A stretch of DNA of 64,000 nt from an archaeon GW2011_AR15 (GTDB lineage Archaea; Nanobdellota; Nanobdellia; Woesearchaeales; GW2011-AR15). Location of the stretch: NCBI GenBank assembly GCA_000830295.1, contig CP010425.1:608001-672000 (forward strand). The letters are read 5' to 3'. Position 1 is the stretch's first letter; each line of letters begins with the position of its first letter. The notes beneath the pieces were generated by a model that saw only the letters and a program-made list of their open reading frames with translations, searched no databases and was not told where the DNA came from. The translations under genes were made by a program, and so were the position numbers. Shown here piece by piece: positions 48,236-57,901 of the stretch.

Positions 48236-48326
48236 TTTCTTTATTTTTTCCTCTTTTCTACACATAAATTTATAAAGCATCAGGATTTCATACCCTTAAA
48301 TAAAAATAGGTAAGGTGTTATAAAAA

Positions 48327-48662
48327 ATGTACGGAAATAATACAGCGCCAGTTAAAGAAGGCGAGGAACTAGACGTTAAGATAGAAGCAATCGGTGACAA
48401 AGGAGACGGAATAGCAAAGAAGGAAGGTTTTGTCCTTGTTGTTCCCGGAACACAGCTTAATGACCAGGTTAGGGTCAAGATTACAAAAGTCCTAAGGAAA
48501 GTGGGCTTTGCAGAAGTTGTGGGAAAATCATCAGGCAAAGAAGATGCTGAAGAAGCAGCAGAAGCTCCGGAAGAGCCAGCTGAAGAAGCAGCAGAAGCGC
48601 CAGAAGAGACTCCTGAAGACAGCGAAGACTTCGGCGAAGAAACAGAAGAAAGCGAAGAATAG
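48327..48662 (+). CDS. TRAM-domain RNA-binding protein with acidic tail
   Basis: APVKEGEELDVKIEAIGDKGDGIAKKEGFVLVVPG...KVGFAEV. Confidence 0.9.
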   Translation: MYGNNTAPVKEGEELDVKIEAIGDKGDGIAKKEGFVLVVPGTQLNDQVRVKITKVLRKVGFAEVVGKSSGKEDAEEAAEAPEEPAEEAAEAPEETPEDSEDFGEETEESEE

Positions 48663-48707
48663 ATTTCTTCCAAACTTTTATTATATTAACTATTTTCTTT
48701 ATTCTAT

Positions 48708-49229
48708 ATGAGGCTGTTCATAGCAGTTGATGTTCCTGAAGATATCTGCAGCTATCTTCTTAAAATACAATCAGGGCTTGATCCGGCTGTCAAGAAAACC
48801 GGCTCTTTCCACATGACACTAAAATTCCTTGGAGATGCTGGAGAGCAGACAAAAGATAGGGTAACTGAAAGCCTGGAAAAAATAAAAGCAGAACAATTCG
48901 AGCTTGAGCTTTCTGAGCTCGGGGCATTCCCCGGCAGGGATTATATCAGGGTAATATGGATCGGCACAAAAGAAAATCCCATATTGATGAAACTACAGAA
49001 AGATATTGAAAATGCCCTTGAGAGCTTCGGCTTCAAAAAAGAGCTTGATTTTCATCCCCACCTGACTCTTGCCAGGGTCCAGACAAAGATGGATTTCCCA
49101 GATATCAAAATTGAAAACAAGAAATTCAAAGTTGACAGGTTTATTCTCTACCAGAGCATATTAAAGCCGGGCGGCCCGGAATACATTAAACTAAAGGAGA
49201 TCAGATTATGGCCAGCAGCTCATAAGTAA
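48708..49229 (+). CDS. thpR: RNA 2',3'-cyclic phosphodiesterase (2'-5' RNA ligase)
   Basis: MRLFIAV, FHMTLKFLG, FHPHLTLARV, LYQSILKPGGPEY. Confidence 0.92.
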   Translation: MRLFIAVDVPEDICSYLLKIQSGLDPAVKKTGSFHMTLKFLGDAGEQTKDRVTESLEKIKAEQFELELSELGAFPGRDYIRVIWIGTKENPILMKLQKDIENALESFGFKKELDFHPHLTLARVQTKMDFPDIKIENKKFKVDRFILYQSILKPGGPEYIKLKEIRLWPAAHK

Positions 49230-49848
49230 GCTTTTCAGATGCTTTCAGCATCTCAACAGGATCTGTGCCTTCTACTATCACGCAATTTTGCTCATTATAG
49301 ACTCTTGTTGAATTGCCGAGCTTTAGGTATACGATACCGGTCGTCGCAGTATTGTTTGCGCATGTCACTATTGCGGACTGTGACCTGTTATCAGGCCTTA
49401 TTGTAGCAGAGCTGGTATTTATGCCATATATCTGGCCGAGCACTTTTGCAACCTCGACTCCCGAAAGGACAACGCTTGCAGGATAATCAGGGTCTGTAGT
49501 GATATATATCTTCCTGAGAGGAAGTATAAGGTTCCTTGAAGCTGCCCTGTTCCCGCCGCTCGTCATTGACTCAACAGTTTCGACTTCATAGGGATTATAA
49601 TGAAAGAACATCTCATAATTTTTTGTCCAGTTTTCTGCTGAATTTCCGATTACGAAATTTGTCTTCCAGGTATTCCCGGCTTTTTCAAATACAAACCCCC
49701 TATATACAATAGTAGTGGGAGCTTCAGTCCTGTCCCTTGTAGCTGCCCAATACAGCAGAGCGGCAAAAAGAAGCACAATTATGCCGATGCTTATTATCAG
49801 CATCCTGTCATTGTGCTTTTGTTTTTTTTCTTTGGTCAAATCATTCAC
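49201..49848 (-). CDS. membrane-anchored hypothetical protein
   Basis: N-terminal TM; IVTCANNT...NCVIVEG. Confidence 0.7.
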   Translation of the reverse strand: MNDLTKEKKQKHNDRMLIISIGIIVLLFAALLYWAATRDRTEAPTTIVYRGFVFEKAGNTWKTNFVIGNSAENWTKNYEMFFHYNPYEVETVESMTSGGNRAASRNLILPLRKIYITTDPDYPASVVLSGVEVAKVLGQIYGINTSSATIRPDNRSQSAIVTCANNTATTGIVYLKLGNSTRVYNEQNCVIVEGTDPVEMLKASEKLTYELLAII

Positions 49849-50459
49849 CCGATTTCAACGCCGTTAAGTATGTACACAAGGGCGTCTCTTACTCCAAGGG
49901 CGGCGCTTGTGCTGAAATCGGCATTTATACAATAATCATTGTCCATTCTTATGCTTGTGACATTGCTTATCCCAAAAATTATTACAGGAGTTTCTGCTGT
50001 GGCATTGGCGCAGGTTACCACAGGCAGCTGGTACAATGAAGTTTCTTTCGTGACAGCACCCATTGATACCTTTCCGTCCGGCAGGTTGTAATCTATGTCG
50101 TATCTCAGATAATCTATAACATTAAGGCTGGGCTGCTCAGGGTCAAAGCTTATGTAAAATGCTGCTGAATCCCTCAGCAGGCTCTTTGTATCCTCGCTGA
50201 CATCAAGAAGGATCTGGGAAGGCGGATAATATGATATAAACTCGTCTCTCCCTGAGCTGACTTTGTAATACTGGTTGCCTGAGTTGTCAGTTTCAAGCTT
50301 AAACCTGAAATTCTTTCCTGAAGATGAGATGGTGAAGCTGTCCGAGCCCGAGCCGCCATAGTATACCACGACACCGCCTATAGTTGACAGCACGAAAATA
50401 ATAAGTATGAACCACACAAGTATCTTCTTGTTTTTCTCTGCCCTGTCTTTCTTCTTCAT
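49845..50459 (-). CDS. membrane-anchored hypothetical protein, paralog of neighbour
   Basis: N-terminal TM; VVTCANAT..PVI...YCIN; ATGA overlap. Confidence 0.7.
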   Translation of the reverse strand: MKKKDRAEKNKKILVWFILIIFVLSTIGGVVVYYGGSGSDSFTISSSGKNFRFKLETDNSGNQYYKVSSGRDEFISYYPPSQILLDVSEDTKSLLRDSAAFYISFDPEQPSLNVIDYLRYDIDYNLPDGKVSMGAVTKETSLYQLPVVTCANATAETPVIIFGISNVTSIRMDNDYCINADFSTSAALGVRDALVYILNGVEIG

Positions 50460-50544
50460 TATGCTTGAAAATCCAGCCGGCTATAAAAAGGTTTTGCAGC
50501 TATCATGGAATAATTTTATATATAAACTCCTATAGCCTCTGGTT

Positions 50545-51168
50545 ATGGGCGGCAAAGATATTGTAGCGCTTGCTGAGGAATACTGTAGGTTCTATCATGA
50601 AGGGCAGAGAAGAAAAGGCGGGAACCAGGCGCCGTACGCAGTCCATCCTTTTGAAGTAAGAGACCTTCTTGTCAGGTATGGCTACGACGACCCTGAGACG
50701 CAGGCTATAGCGCTCCTGCATGACACTGTTGAGGATACCAGGCTGAAAAAAAATAAAAAAGAGATTGAGAAGGTATTCGGCACTTTAGTATATAACGGAG
50801 TGTATGTCCTGTCATATAACACTCTTGGGAAATACTCTGAAGAGGTAGCATCTTTGTTTGAGCTTGAAGGTGTGCATCTGATAGATCCAAAAAGAGAAGA
50901 CAGGATAACCGAGCAGGCATACAGGCTCAGGCTCCTGTTCAACAGGGATAGCTATAAGAGAATAAAGGTCGCAGATGTAGCCCGCAACACTATCTCGCTT
51001 CCCGACTTAAGCAAATCAGCCATTGAAAGAAAAATCGAGGATGCAGAAACATTCTACATACCGCTTGGAAAAGCAGTTGCCCCTCTTATGGTGAATGAGC
51101 TTATAGCAAATATAGAAAACTACAGGCGGTCAGCGCATTACAACCAGCTTTTCTTGGGTAATTCTTAA
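50545..51168 (+). CDS. HD-domain protein of the RelA/SpoT hydrolase (Mesh1/SAH-like) type
   Basis: HEGQRRKG..PYAVHP, ALLHDTVEDT, IKVAD..N. Confidence 0.85.
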   Translation: MGGKDIVALAEEYCRFYHEGQRRKGGNQAPYAVHPFEVRDLLVRYGYDDPETQAIALLHDTVEDTRLKKNKKEIEKVFGTLVYNGVYVLSYNTLGKYSEEVASLFELEGVHLIDPKREDRITEQAYRLRLLFNRDSYKRIKVADVARNTISLPDLSKSAIERKIEDAETFYIPLGKAVAPLMVNELIANIENYRRSAHYNQLFLGNS

Positions 51169-51187
51169 ATATCGGAAGTGATTTTCC

Positions 51188-52483
51188 ATGGCCATGGATT
51201 ATATAACCGTCGAAGAGGCTCTGAAAAAGGGTGCAGGAAAAGTAAATCTGAGAGGATGGGTCTACAGGATAAGGATGTCCAACAAGTTTGTATTCATTGT
51301 TATGAGGGACCACACAGACATAATCCAGTGCGTTGTCAAAGCTGAAGACAAAAAATTATTCGAGGAAGCGTCAAAGCTGACAATGGAGTCTTCCCTTAAG
51401 GTTTCAGGAGAGCTGAAAAAAGATGAAAGGGCTCCGACAGGATACGAGCTTGGAGTTTCAGAACTCGAGGTCGTCCAGATAGCAGAACCCTTCCCTATAA
51501 CAAAAGATTTCTCTCCGGAATTCCTCCTTGACAACAGGCATCTGTGGATAAGGTCAAGGAAAATCAACGCAGTGCTGAAAATAAGGCACACTGTTACAGG
51601 AGCCATACATGGGTTTTTCAGGAGCAGGGGTTACTATGAATTTGACGCCCCGATATTCCAGCCGAACATGAGCGAAGGCGGCTCTACCCTGTTTGAAGTC
51701 AAGTATTTCAAGGACAAGGTCTACCTGAGCCAGTCATGGCAGCTCTATGCAGAGGCAGGGATTTTCTCGCTCGGAAAGATTTACAACATGAGCCCGACAT
51801 TCAGGTCAGAGAAATCCAAGACAAGCAGGCACCTTGCAGAGTTCTGGATGGCTGAGATGGAAGCTGCATGGATGAAGCTGGATGAGGTCACGGAAGTTGC
51901 AAAAGATGAGATAAGGTTCATCCTGAAAAAAGTCCTTGAAAACAACAGGAAAGAGCTGGAAATACTTGAGAGGGATGTAAGCCTTATAGAGAAATATGCA
52001 AAAGAGAAATACCCCACAATAAAATACGCAGAGGCCCTTGGCCTGCTGAACAAGACATATAAAATGGATGTTCCGTTTGGAAAAGACTTAAGGACAATTG
52101 AGGAAGCAAAAATAGCAGAGCATTTCAAGCTGCCTGTTGTTGTTACCCACTATCCGACTGAGATAATGGGCTTCTACAAGCCGCCAAACAGGGAAAATCC
52201 AAAAGAGGCGCTGTGCTTTGACATGCTTGCTCCTGAAGGATACTGCGAGATTATCGGCGGCTCTGAGAGGAACCTTGACATAAAGGATATGGAAAACAGG
52301 CTCAGGAAAGAAGGGGAAGACCCAAAGACATATGACTGGTATCTGGACTTAAGGAGATATGGCTCAGCCCCGCACTCAGGCTATGGGCTGGGTGTTGAAA
52401 GGGTTGTTGCATGGATATGCGGCCTAGACAACATCAAGGACGCCATACCTTTTCCGAGAACAATGTTGAGGAAAACACCCTAA
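51188..52483 (+). CDS. asnS: asparagine--tRNA ligase
   Basis: OB fold LRGWV; RHLWIRS; LSQSWQLY; FRSEKSKTSRHLAEFWMAE; EIIGGSER; PHSGYGLGVERVVAWICG..IPFPR. Confidence 0.9.
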   Translation: MAMDYITVEEALKKGAGKVNLRGWVYRIRMSNKFVFIVMRDHTDIIQCVVKAEDKKLFEEASKLTMESSLKVSGELKKDERAPTGYELGVSELEVVQIAEPFPITKDFSPEFLLDNRHLWIRSRKINAVLKIRHTVTGAIHGFFRSRGYYEFDAPIFQPNMSEGGSTLFEVKYFKDKVYLSQSWQLYAEAGIFSLGKIYNMSPTFRSEKSKTSRHLAEFWMAEMEAAWMKLDEVTEVAKDEIRFILKKVLENNRKELEILERDVSLIEKYAKEKYPTIKYAEALGLLNKTYKMDVPFGKDLRTIEEAKIAEHFKLPVVVTHYPTEIMGFYKPPNRENPKEALCFDMLAPEGYCEIIGGSERNLDIKDMENRLRKEGEDPKTYDWYLDLRRYGSAPHSGYGLGVERVVAWICGLDNIKDAIPFPRTMLRKTP

Positions 52484-52614
52484 CCCTCGAACCACTTAAC
52501 GAAGTTAATGTGGTTCTTAGTCTGTTTCCTTCAACGCTTTCTTAAAGGGTTGATACCTTTCCCGAGAACAATGTTGAGGAAAACACCCTAATGCAGCACC
52601 GGAAAACACCGTAA
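52445..52614 (+). repeat. 39-nt duplication of asnS 3' end flanking a two-hairpin insert, plus a third partial copy
   Basis: ATACCTTTYCCGAGAACAATGTTGAGGAAAACACCCTAA at 52445 and 52553 (1 mismatch); GGAAAACACCGTAA at 52601. Confidence 0.9.
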
Positions 52615-52647
52615 CACATATATACCTCATTTGACACAAAAAAACTG

Positions 52648-54057
52648 ATGAGAAGAAAGTCACAGGTCGCAGTGTTTGTAATTGTCGGCCTTCTTATTGT
52701 TGTCTTTGTCTCAATATTAATTTCTGTGAAGAATATTTCACTTGGCAGGGAGAGTGCAGATGCCAAGCTGTTTTCAGCCAACAGGGACAGGCTTCAGAGA
52801 TTCCTTGACGAATGCACAGAGAATGCAGCAGTAAGGTCCAATGTAGCATATGGCATGAATAAGCAGAGCAGGCAGGAGTATGAATCGTATTTTGAGAATG
52901 AGCTGCACACATGCATGCAGAACCTTGTTTCAACATTTGAAGAGCAGGCGCTGGTTATAGGGCTTGGCGCTCCGTCAGCAGAGACGCAGATTAATGAAGA
53001 TAATATTGTTTTCAGCATAAATTATCCTATAAGCCTGTCAAATAAAGAGCTTAGCTATGAAATTGCGGACTACACATATATTTTTGACAAGACGCACACT
53101 GTTGCCATTGAGAAAGAAAAGCCGATGCTGTCTTCAGATGAGCTTGTAAATATCTATGCAGACGAAGATACAAAGCTGGCGGATATAAAAAACAGCCGGG
53201 CATCAGAAATCACAATAAAGGTCTTTGACAAAAGAGAGCTTCCCGAGAACGCCAATCTCCTTGGAAACCTTGGGTATGGCATCAGCCCGGGCAATTATTT
53301 TGCCAATGATACAATAGAGCTTTCTTTTTTTGCTGAAGAGCTTGGGTTTGAAAGCACAGAAGGCCTGTACATAGCATGGTGGTCCCATCATGGCCAGGAA
53401 TGGGGTCTGCTGCCGACCACAATTGATAACGGGATAATGAAAGCAAGGACAAGATACCTTACTTATTACGGAGTCATGAGGTGGATTCAGGCGCCGGAGA
53501 TTGAAGAAGAGGAAGAGGCCCCCCAGTCAGCCATCACAGTCCCGCCTGACCCGCCACATAACGACATCATAGTGTACGGGGGAGATGTGCTCAGCATATT
53601 CAACAGTATAAGACAGGATATGGGCGGGACATATGGGCTCAGCCTTAACCCGAAATGCGTGGAGCCGCCTTTCATATCCACGAATGCAATATGCAGGACA
53701 GGCTATTCGCCGCAGTGCGGACTGACAGCAGTCCACTGCAAAGTCAACAGGCTGGGCTCGACAGACATCAATATTTTATTCAGGCACGAGATAGTCCATA
53801 ACCTCCAGCAGCTCAACGGGGGGTGCGGCAATTCAGTAAGGACAGAATGGGGGGCTGAGTATATCTCTGGCAGCACGTATTATACATTCAAATTAAACAA
53901 CCAGCCGGTAACAGCCCAGCAGATTGCCGGCCTAATGGAAGAAAGGAACTGCACAGGGCAGGAATTGAGAGACGCTGCTTTATGCAGGCCAGGCTCCTAT
54001 GAACGGCTTGCAGCAAAAGGCTGCCTGCTTGCAGGCAATGACGTAGCAACGTGGTAA
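52648..54057 (+). CDS. class III signal peptide protein with ZU5-like domain and C-terminal HExxH (zincin-like) domain
   Basis: MRRKSQ-VAVFVIVG; N-half parallels the 1661-aa protein; FRHEIVHNLQQ...EWGAE. Confidence 0.8.
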   Translation: MRRKSQVAVFVIVGLLIVVFVSILISVKNISLGRESADAKLFSANRDRLQRFLDECTENAAVRSNVAYGMNKQSRQEYESYFENELHTCMQNLVSTFEEQALVIGLGAPSAETQINEDNIVFSINYPISLSNKELSYEIADYTYIFDKTHTVAIEKEKPMLSSDELVNIYADEDTKLADIKNSRASEITIKVFDKRELPENANLLGNLGYGISPGNYFANDTIELSFFAEELGFESTEGLYIAWWSHHGQEWGLLPTTIDNGIMKARTRYLTYYGVMRWIQAPEIEEEEEAPQSAITVPPDPPHNDIIVYGGDVLSIFNSIRQDMGGTYGLSLNPKCVEPPFISTNAICRTGYSPQCGLTAVHCKVNRLGSTDINILFRHEIVHNLQQLNGGCGNSVRTEWGAEYISGSTYYTFKLNNQPVTAQQIAGLMEERNCTGQELRDAALCRPGSYERLAAKGCLLAGNDVATW

Positions 54058-55365
54058 TCAGTATAAGAACATATCCGGAGTCAGCCTTTCGTTTATCTCT
54101 CCCCTGAGATTTTTTGTCAGCAGCTCTTTAGTTTCTTTTTTGCTGTAATTTGAGAGCAGCCATGCGAGCTTTATGAACGTTGTTTCAGGGGTCATGTCAG
54201 AATAGTTTCCCAGGACCCCGACTGTCTGAAGCTGCCTTGCAGGCGCATAGACATTCATCTGTAGCTTCCCGTATATGGTCTGCGGTGACATTGCGACAAC
54301 TGTGCCGTCATCAACAAGCTTCTTTATTGCCTTGAATATCTTGGTGTGCTCTTTTGTGTATTCATCAATCTCTGAGACAGGCATCTGGCCAAGCCCCGTG
54401 CCCTCCAGGACAAGCCCGTCAAATCCTGAATAGAATTCAATTTCTTCTGCATACATATTCGGATGGGCTTTCAATATCCCGACTTTTATATCAGGCTTCA
54501 TAAGCCTGACTTTAAGATCCCCGTAGCCCCTTATCTTATAATCCTTTTTCAGGAATTCAATCCTGTCTCCCCCATAATAGACCCTGGCTATCACGCTGGC
54601 ATTAACAGGCTTGAATGCATCCCTTCTTGAAGTGTGCAGCTTCCTTGATTTTGCTGCAGGCAGTATGTTACAGAAATCATCGCTTATTGAGCCGTGCATG
54701 CATATTGCAACCCCGCTGAAATCACTCTTTAATATGAACCTTGCGGCGCATATAAGGTTCATGCCCGCATCTGTGCTCCCCCTGTCAGAAGACCTCTGCG
54801 CTCCAACCAGGATGACCGGAATCCCGAGGTCTTCCAGCATAAATGCAAGTGCAGCAGATGAATAATGGAGGGTGTCTGTGCCATGGGTTATTATCACTCC
54901 TGAAACGCCTTTTTTCACTTCTTTCTCAACGTCTTTTGCCATGAGATTATAGTGCGCAAACCTCATATCCTCAGACCACATGTTCCTCATCAGCCTGCTG
55001 TTTATGTTTGCCATTTCCCCCAGCTCCGGGAACTGTGCCAGGATTTCCTCAGGTGTAAATCTTGAAATCACTCCGCCAGTCTGGTAATCAACCTTGGAGG
55101 CTATTGTCCCCCCGGTATGGAGTATGGATATTACAGGCAGGCCTTTTTTGCTCTCTTTTTTCTTCTTTTTGCCCTTTGCAGGGGTATGTTTCTTCAATAC
55201 CTTCACTTTCTCTATTTTTTTCTTTGCTATCCCCATATTATAGCCATTAGCGAGCTTCAGAATAAGGGAATCTGTTTTTGACAGTTCAGGCGAGGGCATC
55301 ACCACTCCGGTGAATATCTCGTTCTTTGTCGTGACTTCAACCCTGTCACCTGGCTTATAGCTCAT
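54058..55365 (-). CDS. gatD: Glu-tRNA(Gln) amidotransferase subunit D
   Basis: LKLANGYNMG, HTGGTIASKVDY, HGTDT, GAQRSSDR, KLHTSRRDAF, DMTPE; start MSYKPGD at 55365. Confidence 0.95.
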   Translation of the reverse strand: MSYKPGDRVEVTTKNEIFTGVVMPSPELSKTDSLILKLANGYNMGIAKKKIEKVKVLKKHTPAKGKKKKKESKKGLPVISILHTGGTIASKVDYQTGGVISRFTPEEILAQFPELGEMANINSRLMRNMWSEDMRFAHYNLMAKDVEKEVKKGVSGVIITHGTDTLHYSSAALAFMLEDLGIPVILVGAQRSSDRGSTDAGMNLICAARFILKSDFSGVAICMHGSISDDFCNILPAAKSRKLHTSRRDAFKPVNASVIARVYYGGDRIEFLKKDYKIRGYGDLKVRLMKPDIKVGILKAHPNMYAEEIEFYSGFDGLVLEGTGLGQMPVSEIDEYTKEHTKIFKAIKKLVDDGTVVAMSPQTIYGKLQMNVYAPARQLQTVGVLGNYSDMTPETTFIKLAWLLSNYSKKETKELLTKNLRGEINERLTPDMFLY

Positions 55366-55482
55366 GCAAATCACTAGGAGCCTGCACTTAATAAATTTTA
55401 TCAAAAAACAGGGAAATAGAGAGGACAAAGGGGGTTTTTTACCAAAAACTATATAAAACGAATTCCCGCCATCCATTATACT

Positions 55483-56001
55483 ATGAAAAAGAGGGGACAG
55501 GTTGCTGTAGAGTATATAATGATAGTCGCAATCTCCCTGTTCATAATTCTGCCTGGAATCTATTTTTTCAGGAACTTTGCATTTGAATCAAATGACCGGG
55601 TCCTGCAGTCAAGGGTAGCCGACATATCCGGCCAGCTACTTTCTCTTGGGAAGGAGATGTATTACTATGGTCCTCCTTCAAAATCAGTCAAGATCCTTGA
55701 GATGCCAGATCAGGTCAACAGGATGTATGTGCTGACATCTGCGGACAATACAGAATACTACCTTGTTTTTGAAATCCTGACAACATCCGGGCCAGAAAGC
55801 GTGCTTTTTGAGGCAGATTATCCTATAGAGCCGCTGGAGACAGCGGCAGCATGCGACGTGGCATGCCAGGGAATCTGCGATTGCTTTCCAGAGAGATACT
55901 ATTCAAGGGGGCCCAAGAATTTTGCAGTTGAGGCATCAAGCAGCTGCGATACAGCAGATCTCTGCGTCCTCATAGGTGAAGTGTCTCCGGAGCTGGGCTG
56001 A
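55483..56001 (+). CDS. pilin-like protein, class III signal peptide
   Basis: MKKRGQ-VAVEYIMIVAI (canonical G/Q, E+5). Confidence 0.88.
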   Translation: MKKRGQVAVEYIMIVAISLFIILPGIYFFRNFAFESNDRVLQSRVADISGQLLSLGKEMYYYGPPSKSVKILEMPDQVNRMYVLTSADNTEYYLVFEILTTSGPESVLFEADYPIEPLETAAACDVACQGICDCFPERYYSRGPKNFAVEASSSCDTADLCVLIGEVSPELG

Positions 56002-56594
56002 TGCAGAAGAAATCCCAGGTTATAAGCATGGATTTTATAATGACCTTCGTGATGTACCTTTTTGCCATCTCAATATTTTTTTTCGCTCTGAAAGATGCTC
56101 TTGCAGGAGAGCCTAAGCTGAGTGTAAAGCCAGAGACGGTATTCAGCAAATTCACAGGCTCAGAACTGCTGTTCAACAAGCTAAGCAACGTATATGATGA
56201 GGATTACGGCTTCCTGGAATCATCCAGGATAAGCAGTAATTTCAATACGCTTATGACGAAATATGAGCCCATGGTCGGATATGAGCTTTATTTCAAGGAC
56301 TTCGACAATCCAGCCTTCCTCAAGATTGACTACTGCATCTTCCTTGAGGAAATTAGCGGGCAGAATAAGAAAGTGCTCAGGAATTTTGCAGCATGGGAAG
56401 ATACCAGCCACGAATACTCCGCCCAGATAATGCAAGGAGTAGAGTGCGGAACTGATTATGATATGCAGTACACAAATGCAAAACCCTCCTGCAGTTCAAG
56501 AGATACAGATTCGCTGCTGCTTGCAAAGCCGGTGCTCTACAGCGGAAAGATTGTCCACCTTAAGGTGCTGATGTGTGCTGAAAAGCGCGGATAG
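56001..56594 (+). CDS. pilin-like protein
   Basis: MQKKSQ-VISMDFIMTFVM. Confidence 0.82.
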   Translation: MQKKSQVISMDFIMTFVMYLFAISIFFFALKDALAGEPKLSVKPETVFSKFTGSELLFNKLSNVYDEDYGFLESSRISSNFNTLMTKYEPMVGYELYFKDFDNPAFLKIDYCIFLEEISGQNKKVLRNFAAWEDTSHEYSAQIMQGVECGTDYDMQYTNAKPSCSSRDTDSLLLAKPVLYSGKIVHLKVLMCAEKRG

Positions 56595-56597
56595 AAA

Positions 56598-57128
56598 ATG
56601 GGAAAAAAAGCATATATATTCATGATAGACGGGATATTCGCGCTTGTCATTCTTATAATAGGGTTCATGGTGATATCATCAAAAGCCGCTCCCGACCTCT
56701 CAGAGACCACCCTGCTGCTGACAGCTGAGAATGTGGTTGATGTGCTCTCTACAGTCAAGGTAGATGAGCTCTGCTCAGGATGCAGCTGCCAGCAGTATCC
56801 CCTGCTGTCAGGCTACTGCTCTGGCGGGGATGTCAAGAACAGTGACCAGACATTATACGATTATTTTGGCGAGCTTTACTACAGGGGAAAAATAACTGAT
56901 GCAGGCAATCTATTTTCAAATATTACAGGAAGCTTCTACAGGAAAGAACTGTTCGGAGTGCAGCTTGTCATAGATCGCCAGAATATCTATAGCGACCAGG
57001 GAAAAGCCGAGAGCGAGGAACTAATATCAAGAAAAAAAGTCATTTTCGGCTTCTATGAGGAAAAAAGTACAGGTGTTGTCAGATTCTGGGGGCCGTATGT
57101 CCTTGAGGTGAATGTATGGTCAAGATGA
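56598..57128 (+). CDS. pilin-like protein
   Basis: MGKKA-YIFMIDGIFALVIL. Confidence 0.82.
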   Translation: MGKKAYIFMIDGIFALVILIIGFMVISSKAAPDLSETTLLLTAENVVDVLSTVKVDELCSGCSCQQYPLLSGYCSGGDVKNSDQTLYDYFGELYYRGKITDAGNLFSNITGSFYRKELFGVQLVIDRQNIYSDQGKAESEELISRKKVIFGFYEEKSTGVVRFWGPYVLEVNVWSR

Positions 57129-57901
57129 AAAAATCAGTATTTTTCTCCATAATGAGCGTTTTCATAGTCATACTGTTCGTAGCATTTGTAGAGCTTTCAA
57201 ATATTTATGTTGCCCAGGAAACAGAGCTGGAGCTGACCAGAAGGAGGGTCAATATCATAAATTCAGTCATTTCAGACATGGAGGATACATATTTTGAGAA
57301 GATAATATATGCATCAGCCAAAAGCTCCCTTATAGGGCTTTCAGATTATTATGCGGATGGCGGATTCTCTGAAAACAGGATAAAAAAGCGTCTTGATTCT
57401 GCTCTTGAAGATGTAATCTACAACGGTACTCTGAAGGATACAGACGGAAACACTGTGGCCAACCTTGTATCGGCAGGGTATATTGGTGCGAATTATACTC
57501 TACAGTCCCTTTCCGGAAATGTGGAAGAGGTATTTAATGACCTTGGGCTTGAGGTAAACCAGTTTGAGATAGAGCTAAACAGGGAGAGCCTGAGACAAAA
57601 AGACCCATGGACAATGGAGCTGCAGGCAGATATAACATATGATCTGAGGGACAGGACAGGGCTTGCATCGTGGAAAGGCAGGACAACAAAGACAGTTGAC
57701 ATTACAGTTTACGGATTGTATGCATTTGACTATGAAAACGGGCAGAAATCAAACACAGGCGTCATAAAAAATACATGGAAAGTGGATAATTCACCCTACA
57801 CTGAGCCTTCTATCCTCAGCAAGCTTAGCGGCCAGTCAGTGCCGAACAGCGGACTGGGGATATGCTCACCGGGTTTCAATTGCGAGCAGGCGGGTATCTA
57901 A
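57116..57901 (+). CDS. pilin-like protein
   Basis: MKKS-VFFSIMSVFIVIL. Confidence 0.8.
   Translation: MVKMKKSVFFSIMSVFIVILFVAFVELSNIYVAQETELELTRRRVNIINSVISDMEDTYFEKIIYASAKSSLIGLSDYYADGGFSENRIKKRLDSALEDVIYNGTLKDTDGNTVANLVSAGYIGANYTLQSLSGNVEEVFNDLGLEVNQFEIELNRESLRQKDPWTMELQADITYDLRDRTGLASWKGRTTKTVDITVYGLYAFDYENGQKSNTGVIKNTWKVDNSPYTEPSILSKLSGQSVPNSGLGICSPGFNCEQAGI

Noticed and set aside
52445-52591. Diversity-generating retroelement TR/VR pair
   Set aside because: Only 39 nt with a single T/C difference, the target is a housekeeping synthetase, and no reverse transcriptase is visible.
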